Virus record (IMG/VR): IMGVR_UViG_3300031420_000005
Reading direction: 5' to 3' (one strand)
DNA length: 20,000 nt
Origin: an uncultured virus (IMG/VR IMGVR_UViG_3300031420_000005)
Taxonomy: Duplodnaviria; Heunggongvirae; Uroviricota; Caudoviricetes
In this document: piece by piece, positions 8,029 to 14,811 of the stretch
Layout of the letters: the number at the start of each line of letters is the position of its first letter
How positions within the stretch are numbered: the first letter of the stretch is position 1
Made by a program: the position numbers and the translations under genes
The notes under the pieces: generated by a model
Database searches by the model: none
Told to the model about the DNA's origin: nothing
Seen by the model: the letters and a program-made list of their open reading frames with translations, nothing else

Positions 8029-8146
8029 GTAGATCACAGCTCCGGGAACTGAATTCGGGGAGCTCCGCGTTGGAGCCTGAGCCGTCGGTACCGTGGCTCG
8101 GAGGCGGCAGGAGCCTTTCCACAGACTGAGCGCAGGAGGATTCACC

Positions 8147-8608
8147 ATGGCAACTCCAGAGAACACCGACAGCGACATCGAGCGCTGGGGCGACGAGGGC
8201 GGCTCGAGTGCAGTCGAGCTCGATGCTTCCAGCGACGGCACCTCCGGCTCGCCGAGCCGAGCTTGGACCTTCATCGAGGACAACGAGTGGGAGGGCGAGG
8301 AGTGGACCGTGTTCTTCTCCAGCAGCGATCCCGAGGTCAACGAGAAGATCGAGCAGCTCGAGGAGTACATGGAGGCAGACTCGGACGAGTCCCCCTACGA
8401 CCTCTACGAGATCGAGGATCTTCCCGATGAGGATGAGCTCGAGGATGACGAGGACGGATCTGGCTACTACGCCCCCGAGGCTATCCGAGAGCTCGTGGTG
8501 CGGAAGCTCGATGTGGCGCTGGAGTTCTTCGCCCAGGGCGGTCCTGAGAACACTGAGCTCACCGATCCTCTCTACAAGCTCGGACTCTTCGACGAGAACG
8601 ACCGTTAG
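8147..8608 (+). CDS. Very acidic hypothetical protein; paralog of 7546-8028
   Basis: SD AGGAGG before ATG 8147; shared motifs. Confidence 0.85.
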   Translation: MATPENTDSDIERWGDEGGSSAVELDASSDGTSGSPSRAWTFIEDNEWEGEEWTVFFSSSDPEVNEKIEQLEEYMEADSDESPYDLYEIEDLPDEDELEDDEDGSGYYAPEAIRELVVRKLDVALEFFAQGGPENTELTDPLYKLGLFDENDR

Positions 8609-8625
8609 GCTTCCCTAGGACGCCA

Positions 8626-8662
8626 CCCGAAGGCTGTAGCTTCGATGCTCACGGCCTTCGGG
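8626..8662 (+). terminator. Stem-loop, probable terminator
   Basis: CCCGAAGGCTGT…ACGGCCTTCGGG. Confidence 0.5.
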
Positions 8663-8763
8663 CGGCCTCTTGTATCGATGCACGGTTGAGCTCATTCGAG
8701 GGCTTAGAACAGACTCTAGCGCCGGATCGATAGTGGGCCCCACGGTTCGGCCGACAGTGTACG

Positions 8764-9162
8764 ATGAGCTCCGAACCCAATGAGGAGAACCCCTTGGCAG
8801 ATAGCCAGAACCCCGACGGCAAGGACCGGAAGGACAAGGACAGCGACCGGACCCTGGATGGAAAGCTCGTCCAGTACCGGAGTCCCCGCCAGTACCGAGC
8901 CTCCCACCGGATCGCTGTGCTCAACCTGCTGACCATCCTCCTGGCCTTCCTCTCGCTCTTCCAGGTGGGCAAGGCTCCTCAGTTCGTGCTCTTCTTCTCC
9001 ATGCTCTCCCTGGTGCTCTTCCTCATCCAGGCACTGATCCCCCGCACCATCGATGGGGAGAATCGCTGGCTCAAGTGGAGCCCCAAGAACATGATCCTCT
9101 CGGTGGGCGCGCCCGTGATCTTCTCAGCCTACGCTGTGATCGTGACGGTGCTCGCTCGCTAG
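8764..9162 (+). CDS. Small membrane protein (about 3 TM helices)
   Basis: Three hydrophobic stretches after a charged N-terminus. Confidence 0.75.
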   Translation: MSSEPNEENPLADSQNPDGKDRKDKDSDRTLDGKLVQYRSPRQYRASHRIAVLNLLTILLAFLSLFQVGKAPQFVLFFSMLSLVLFLIQALIPRTIDGENRWLKWSPKNMILSVGAPVIFSAYAVIVTVLAR

Positions 9163-9165
9163 CGG

Positions 9166-9200
9166 TTGCAGCCTGTATCCAGTCGGTGTACAGTTGATCC
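9166..9200 (+). promoter_or_regulatory. SigA-like promoter TTGCAG-N17-TACAGT, probably producing a leaderless mRNA
   Basis: -10 at 9189-9194; ATG 6 nt later with no SD. Confidence 0.6.
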
Positions 9201-9560
9201 ATGCTCACCATCAGCGATCTCATCTTCGACTACCGAGTCGGCTTCCACATCAAGGAGGCCTTCCTGGAGCTCATGGAGCGTGAGGGTGTCCACTCGGATC
9301 TTCCGGTGCTGAAGCCCACCGCCAGCAACGATGATGTGAATGGCTCACAGCATGTGTCCAACGGTGGCACCGACTTCGGCTACGATGACGCCACCGTGGA
9401 CGATGTGGTGGATGGCTCTACCCTGGGCTACTACGAGTACTTCGCGGAGAGCTACGGAAGCAGCGGGAGCTACACGGGCCACTCCTACGAGGGCTCCGGC
9501 TCGCGCTTCGCCGCAGTCGTGGTGGACCCGCCGGCCTACGCCGCCACCGTGAGCTACTGA
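9201..9560 (+). CDS. Acidic, Tyr/Gly-rich hypothetical protein, 119 aa
   Basis: ORF bounded by a promoter and a terminator; codon usage. Confidence 0.75.
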   Translation: MLTISDLIFDYRVGFHIKEAFLELMEREGVHSDLPVLKPTASNDDVNGSQHVSNGGTDFGYDDATVDDVVDGSTLGYYEYFAESYGSSGSYTGHSYEGSGSRFAAVVVDPPAYAATVSY

Positions 9561-9581
9561 GTAGCACCCCTACCCAGAGAC

Positions 9582-9628
9582 GGGGCTAGGAGCCGGAATC
9601 TTCAGCGTTCCGACTCCTAGCCCCTTTT
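9582..9628 (+). terminator. Intrinsic terminator between convergent genes
   Basis: GGGGCTAGGAGCCGGAA…TTCCGACTCCTAGCCCC-TTTT. Confidence 0.75.
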
Positions 9629-9639
9629 AGCAGCTGTGC

Positions 9640-11127
9640 TCAGCCTCCAGCGTGGATACCCCTGAAGAGCTGCTCTCCGTTCCAGCGATGCTCGTCCCGG
9701 GACTTCCAGCAGAGCTCCATGTCCTCGTTGGGATGAGCGGGGTTGAGATCCCTCCAGAACCAGTCGTCCCGGGCAGTGAAGCTGTTGCGGAGATCCTCGG
9801 GGAAGCTCTCAAAGCGCTCGGTGACTTCGGGTTCGACCTCCTCGATCCAGAGTGCGAGGGCCTTCAGGCCCAGGTCCCCGTCCGTGGTTCCCTCGATGAG
9901 CCAATTCTCTCCATCCTCGCCGAGGTCCCAGACCACGACCTCATCCAGGGTCTCGCGCTCCGGGAGGGTCACACCATCGGTCCAGCCCTTGAGCACGGCT
10001 GCAAGCTTCGGCTCCGTGGGCTCAGGAGCTCCAGTGCTGCTCCACCAGATGCGCCTGAAGATGCGCTCCAGCCGGTAGGCTTCCTGGGCAGCCTCAGCCA
10101 CGAGCTCGGGGGTGACCAGGTGATCGTAGGTCACGGTCTGCCAGTAGGTCGGGTAGAGCTCGAAGAGCTCGGAGAGCTGAAGCTGACCGGCCCTGATGGA
10201 GTTGGCCCAAATTCGGAGGATGGGATTACCCCAAGTGGGGTGCTCGACGAAGCGCATCCGAGAGAAACTCACGCCGATCTCATCCCTCTGGCCACTGGGA
10301 CCTCTCCGGTGCTTTGCGAGGTTCAGGGAGAGGATGTCCTCATCTGACCTCTCGGTGGAGCGCCGGTGGAGGAGAAGCACCTGGTCGGCGTCCTGCTCAA
10401 GGGCACCGGTCCACCGGATGTCGCTGAGCTTCGGCGGATACTCTTCGCCGATGAATCGATTGAGCTGAACAGTCACCAGAACGGCCACACCGAGCTCCAG
10501 GGCCAGGAGCTTGAGATCCCGGGAAACGGCGGCGAACTTCTCCTGTCTAGACGCACCTGTGGCTTCGAGGGATGGCATGATGAGCTCGAAGTAGTCCACG
10601 ACGATGAGATCGAGGCCTCTCTCGCTACCGATGAGCTCCAGGGCACGGGCTCGGATGTGCGCTACGGTCTGGCGAGGATCGTCGTCCAGGGTGAGCGCGA
10701 GCTGGCTCAACGCCCAGCGCGCATCTCGAATGAGCCGGCCTGTGTAGGGATTGGTCTCTCTGGCTTCTTGCTTGACCTCGGGAATCGTCAGGGAGGTCTT
10801 CGAGGCGATCATCCGCGCAAGGAGCTCATCCGCACTCATTTCAAGGCTGGAGAAGAGCACGGACTTGCCAGCCTGGAGGGCGCCGAGGGTGCTCTGGATA
10901 GCGAAGGCTGACTTGCCGTCTCCGGGGCGAGCGGCGATCAGGGACAGGCCACTGGGCGTCCACCCTCCGGTCCACTCGTCGAGCATGGAGAACCCGGTGG
11001 GGACACCGATGGGCTTTCGAACGAAGGCGGATCCCTCTGAGACCTCTCGGAGTGCGCGAGTGTAGCTTCCAGCTCCGGCTTCCTTGCGGCGCCGGGCTTC
11101 CAGCTTCTGTCGTCTGTTCTTGGTCAT
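9640..11127 (-). CDS. DnaB-like (SF4) helicase ATPase domain lacking the DnaB N-terminal domain, with a basic N-terminal peptide and an unknown ~190-aa C-terminal domain
   Basis: GVPTGFxxLD, AARPGDGKS, SLEMS, IVVDY, QLNR, PKLSDIRWTGALEQDAD, LAKHRRGP; start taken as ATG 11127 (MTKNRR). Confidence 0.88.
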   Translation of the reverse strand: MTKNRRQKLEARRRKEAGAGSYTRALREVSEGSAFVRKPIGVPTGFSMLDEWTGGWTPSGLSLIAARPGDGKSAFAIQSTLGALQAGKSVLFSSLEMSADELLARMIASKTSLTIPEVKQEARETNPYTGRLIRDARWALSQLALTLDDDPRQTVAHIRARALELIGSERGLDLIVVDYFELIMPSLEATGASRQEKFAAVSRDLKLLALELGVAVLVTVQLNRFIGEEYPPKLSDIRWTGALEQDADQVLLLHRRSTERSDEDILSLNLAKHRRGPSGQRDEIGVSFSRMRFVEHPTWGNPILRIWANSIRAGQLQLSELFELYPTYWQTVTYDHLVTPELVAEAAQEAYRLERIFRRIWWSSTGAPEPTEPKLAAVLKGWTDGVTLPERETLDEVVVWDLGEDGENWLIEGTTDGDLGLKALALWIEEVEPEVTERFESFPEDLRNSFTARDDWFWRDLNPAHPNEDMELCWKSRDEHRWNGEQLFRGIHAGG

Positions 11128-11275
11128 GGGACTACTCAACTCTCTACAGCTCTACCCACGCCTGGCTGCTTGAAGGAGCAGATACCAGAGACCCATAGGA
11201 TTCAGGGAACCTTGTTCTTGGGGGCTCACCGCGTGGGAGTGAAGCTGCGAAGACAGGCCGCTATGGGCAGCCAGG
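11128..11275 (-). ncRNA. Candidate structured cis-regulatory leader RNA (copy A)
   Basis: Homologous to 13484-13627 with compensatory changes in three helices. Confidence 0.7.
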
Positions 11276-11309
11276 TCCCATGCTAACACACTGGCTGCAG
11301 TCTGTGCAC
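11267..11309 (-). promoter_or_regulatory. Promoter GTGCAC-N18-TAGCAT with the -10 in the loop of an 8-bp inverted repeat
   Basis: GCAGCCAG 11267-11274 / CTGGCTGC 11291-11298; -10 at 11280-11285. Confidence 0.5.
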
Positions 11310-11319
11310 TCCTCGAAGC

Positions 11320-11673
11320 TCAGAGAGTAGGCAGATTCAGCTCTCCCTGGCCGACAACCTCGTCCATGACCTCGCCGAAGCTCGCGCCACCGTTGTAGTA
11401 GCTCACGAGGAAGTCGAAGCTCCCGTCGAGATTGCGCTTCGAGTGGACGAAGCCGTTGGGATCGAGTCGCTCTCGCTGGATCTCGTAGAGAGTCTCGCTG
11501 CTCCGGTCGTAGTAGTAGGAGCCGTAGAGATCCTCCTGGAGGGCTTCCAGCCAGCTGGACTCGTAGTCCTCGAGCTCGCTGCGGCCGATGCGCTTCTGAA
11601 TCCACTGGTCCAGGGTCTGCTCTCCGAGCTCCACCGGGATGAGCTTTCCTCGATAGGTGTCCACATCGCTCAT
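11320..11673 (-). CDS. Hypothetical protein, paralog of 7112-7444
   Basis: SD GGAAGGAG; alignable over nearly its full length to 7112-7444. Confidence 0.85.
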   Translation of the reverse strand: MSDVDTYRGKLIPVELGEQTLDQWIQKRIGRSELEDYESSWLEALQEDLYGSYYYDRSSETLYEIQRERLDPNGFVHSKRNLDGSFDFLVSYYNGGASFGEVMDEVVGQGELNLPTL

Positions 11674-11838
11674 GGGAGCGCTCCTTCCGTAGCTGCCAGC
11701 CTAAGGTCCGAACCATCCTACCATGCATCATCCAACGGAATCGACCTAGAGCTCGCTCAGGACGCAGCCTACGGCCAGTCCGAGGGCACAGGAGATCGTC
11801 GAGCATTAGAGACAGCACCAAGAGCTAGAGGGAGCACG

Positions 11839-12717
11839 ATGAGCACCATGAGATTCCATGTGAACGATGAGACCGGCGAAGTCGGTGTCTGCAAGGCCCG
11901 GACCGGCGAGGAAGCCACAGGTCGAGGCTGCCCCTTCGGCGGGGATGACAAGCACTACGCCACGGGCGCCGAGGCTCGAGCCGCCTACGAGAAGTCCATG
12001 GAGGAGGAGCTCACTCCCGTAGCCCTGGTGAAGCAGAAGGTCAAGGCCGCCTTCGGGATCAAGTCGACCCCCAGGGAGAAGCCCGAGTTCCACGCTGAGG
12101 ACGGCTTCACTAAGATGGTGCTCGCCGTGGAGGCCGCCCACGACGCCACCTCCACCGACCGGGAGTTGGAGCAGGCTGAGTACAACTTCTTCCTCTCCCA
12201 GTCCCTGGAGGGCGAGGACACCGCTCTGCCCGCAAGCTACCGGGAATTCTACGATGAGCCTGAGCTTCAGAACGAGGAGCTCTCCCTGAAGGACTGGAAG
12301 GCTGAGAACTCCACCCAGCAGTTCGTGGTCCAGAGGCTCCTAGAGTCGGCCCACGCCCACCACTACACGGCCATGGAGAACGCTGGGCTGCGGTCGAGCC
12401 GGTTCTTCGAGGCTCTCCAGAAGGAAAACGGCCAGGAGCTCACCGGAAATCCCGTGAGCGAGGCCGGTGAGCAGGGCAAGATCGAGCGCTACGACCAGGG
12501 TGCCATCTACAGCTACACGCAGGCTGCAAGGGAGGCCATGGGCCGATCCTTCCCCGAGACCTCCAGCCGGAAGGAGCAGCTCGCCGCACTCCGGGAGTTC
12601 GTCGAGGAGCGCACAGCCTTCCTTGAGGTGACCTACGACCCCGAGAGCTCCGACTTCGAGGAGGGCAAGGTGGGCTCTCAGGTTGAGTGGCTCAACGAGC
12701 CCTTCGACTGGGAGTGA
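11839..12717 (+). CDS. Hypothetical protein with an N-terminal His/Cys putative Zn-binding module and an acidic helical body
   Basis: SD GAGGGAG before ATG 11839; FHVNDETGEVGVC…CPFGGDDKHY; the longer ORF-track start overlaps the divergent gene. Confidence 0.75.
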   Translation: MSTMRFHVNDETGEVGVCKARTGEEATGRGCPFGGDDKHYATGAEARAAYEKSMEEELTPVALVKQKVKAAFGIKSTPREKPEFHAEDGFTKMVLAVEAAHDATSTDRELEQAEYNFFLSQSLEGEDTALPASYREFYDEPELQNEELSLKDWKAENSTQQFVVQRLLESAHAHHYTAMENAGLRSSRFFEALQKENGQELTGNPVSEAGEQGKIERYDQGAIYSYTQAAREAMGRSFPETSSRKEQLAALREFVEERTAFLEVTYDPESSDFEEGKVGSQVEWLNEPFDWE

Positions 12718-12941
12718 TCCTCGGCCTGCACTGAGGCTCTCTAGGAACCGCTCCGGCAGATTCGACGCCGGGGCGGTTCTTGCTGCGGCTGCCCTCCTAA
12801 GCCCCGAACTCTTCGGTCGCACATCATCGAACCGAAGTGCGAGAGAAGTCGCGTAGGCGGCAGCCTGTGGCCGGAGAGAGGCAACTCTAGGCCTATCTGG
12901 AATCGATACCATGGAAAGGACACTCGATAAGGAGAATCCCG

Positions 12942-13427
12942 ATGCCCCTCGTAGAAGAGAGTAGCTTCAAGACCCTGGCCAAGGCCCTGGAACCCATGGA
13001 GCTCGCTGGCCAGCTCCGCTACCTGCCGGCCTTCGAGTGCTGTGGGAGCTGTGCTGGAGCTCGACTCAACGGCTTCATGGACACTCCGGCAGAGGACTGG
13101 GGCGACTACGAGCTCTATGTGACCTTCGATGAGCAGGCCGTGGAGAACAACATCACACTGCAGCTCTGGCTCACCGCCTGGGCCTTTGGACTACCGTTCT
13201 CCGAGGAGGATGAAGCTCGCATCAACCGCATCGTCGCCGACGAGCTCATCGCCGGAGGCTTCAGGGAGATTCCAGCGCCCTCCGAGGAGCATCTGAGCGC
13301 AAAATCTGATCCGAACCTCGAGCTCAACACCTTCTTCATCTACGGAGGAGCCCTGGTGGTTCGCGGCCTCTTCGAGGGCAAGCCCAAGCCCACCAAGGCA
13401 GTGCGGAAGCTCGGCCTCCGCTACTGA
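12942..13427 (+). CDS. Hypothetical protein with a CCxxC motif (possibly DUF6891-like)
   Basis: SD AAGGAG; FECCGSCA…YVTFDEQ; family assignment is tentative. Confidence 0.7.
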   Translation: MPLVEESSFKTLAKALEPMELAGQLRYLPAFECCGSCAGARLNGFMDTPAEDWGDYELYVTFDEQAVENNITLQLWLTAWAFGLPFSEEDEARINRIVADELIAGGFREIPAPSEEHLSAKSDPNLELNTFFIYGGALVVRGLFEGKPKPTKAVRKLGLRY

Positions 13428-13457
13428 GGTCACTACTCAAGCATTCCTCTAGGAGCT

Positions 13458-13491
13458 TCGGCCAGGGCTTTGATAGTGTGGTTCTGGCCGA
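13458..13491 (+). promoter_or_regulatory. Putative -10 TAGTGT in the loop of an inverted repeat
   Basis: TCGGCCAG 13458-13465 / CTGGCCGA 13484-13491; -10 at 13474-13479; same position relative to the leader as in copy A. Confidence 0.5.
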
Positions 13492-13627
13492 CTACAGCGG
13501 CCCGTCTTTGGGTAGTGTCTCCACGCGACCGCCTCTAGAGCAAGGTTTCCGAATCCTGTAGGTTACTGACAGCACGCATTCCTGTGCAGTCGGGCGTGGA
13601 GCGACTGTGAACAGAGAGCAAACTGCC
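13484..13627 (+). ncRNA. Candidate structured cis-regulatory leader RNA (copy B)
   Basis: Homologous to 11128-11275 (-) with covarying stems. Confidence 0.7.
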
Positions 13628-14659
13628 ATGACCAGTAACCGCAAGAACAAGCGCATCATCCGGGACCACATGGAGAAGACCGGACTCAACTTCCTCGAGG
13701 CGAAGCTTCAGCTCGAGGCCTCGGGCGTGATCTCGAAGCCCGGAGAGCCGAAGGCCGTCGACCCCAACGGCCTCAACTGGCCGCTCCGCACGGGCAGGCC
13801 GAAGGTCCCGGCGGCACCGCTCGGCAGGGCCATCACCGTGACCTCCTCCAAGGGCGGTGGAGGCAAGACAAGCACAGCCCTAGCCCTGGGAGCCTACCTC
13901 GCCCTGTCCTCCAGGAGCGGCCCTTACAGGCCACTGAAGGTGCTCGTCCTCGACCTCGATGTGCGAGACGGACAGATCGGATTCTTCACCGGATTCTGGA
14001 AGCCCACGGTGATGCGGCTCCTTCGCTACGGGATCAGCGAGAGCGAGATCAAGGCCACCGTGATCCATGACGATGGACTCGATGTGGATGTGCTCCTCGC
14101 TCCCCGGCGACCGCGCTCGGCGGATGACCTCTCCCCGGAGTTCTATGCTGAGCTCATCGCGAAGCTCAGGGGAATCTACGACTACATCGTCCTCGACACT
14201 TCGGTGAGCTACTCAGATCCGATTCGCTCGCAGGTCGGTTACGGCTACGGCACCACCGACAGGATCCTGGTGCTCGCCGATGCCACCAACACCTCGCTCA
14301 TGGGACTGTCCCGCTGGATTCAGTCAGTTACCGCGCCACTTGACCAGGGTGGGCTGGGAGTAGCCAAGAGCCGGATCAGCGTCGTTCTCAACAGGGTGCT
14401 CCCCGGCACCGATCCGGAGAGCAATCAGAAGGTCATCAACAGCGCTCTGGAGATTCCCATCGTCGGCTCAATTCCCCTCAGGAGTGAGCTCTTCCACAGC
14501 GCCTCCGACGCGGGAGCTCTAGAGCGGGTTCTCGATGATCCGGAGATTCGAGCAGCCCTCAGGCGAGTGCTCCTCTCGGTGGTAGACCACGAGCTCGGAG
14601 AGCTCCCTGGGACAGAGGCTGAGCCGGAGCGACCTGAGGAGGACGGCCGCAGGGACTGA
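13628..14659 (+). CDS. ParA/MinD/CpaE-family ATPase with a basic N-terminal peptide
   Basis: Deviant Walker A SSKGGGGKTS, LDLDVRDGQ, YDYIVLDT, VVLNRV; start taken as ATG 13628 (MTSNRK). Confidence 0.88.
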   Translation: MTSNRKNKRIIRDHMEKTGLNFLEAKLQLEASGVISKPGEPKAVDPNGLNWPLRTGRPKVPAAPLGRAITVTSSKGGGGKTSTALALGAYLALSSRSGPYRPLKVLVLDLDVRDGQIGFFTGFWKPTVMRLLRYGISESEIKATVIHDDGLDVDVLLAPRRPRSADDLSPEFYAELIAKLRGIYDYIVLDTSVSYSDPIRSQVGYGYGTTDRILVLADATNTSLMGLSRWIQSVTAPLDQGGLGVAKSRISVVLNRVLPGTDPESNQKVINSALEIPIVGSIPLRSELFHSASDAGALERVLDDPEIRAALRRVLLSVVDHELGELPGTEAEPERPEEDGRRD

Positions 14660-14673
14660 CTTCAGCTGACAGC

Positions 14674-14710
14674 AGGGGCGCCCGCGGCTCTAGGAGCTGT
14701 GGGCGCCCCT
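14674..14710 (+). terminator. Strong stem-loop after the ParA-like gene
   Basis: AGGGGCGCCCGCGGCTC-TAG-GAGCTGTGGGCGCCCCT. Confidence 0.6.
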
Positions 14711-14811
14711 CGCCCTTGGGCCAAGGAACTCCATTCGGCTCGATCCGCGTGGCTCCGGCGTTTTTCGATAGGATAGGCGGAAGGAACACACCACTGAACT
14801 AGGGAAAGCAC

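Noticed and set aside
9640..11127. Gene symbol dnaB as the replicative helicase
   Set aside because: N-terminal domain missing and extra C-terminal domain present; only the family is supported
11443..11838. N-terminal extension of the 424-aa ORF
   Set aside because: Overlaps the divergent 11320-11673 gene; a good SD supports ATG 11839
13484..13627. Assigning the leader to a known riboswitch or ribozyme (ZTP, fluoride, HDV-like)
   Set aside because: The conserved blocks do not match the consensus features I recall; left unassigned pending an Rfam search
1905..14780. Additional hairpin-promoter candidates near 1918, 7032, 11720, 12908 and 14769
   Set aside because: A -10-like hexamer is present but the flanking arms are 4 bp or less, indistinguishable from chance
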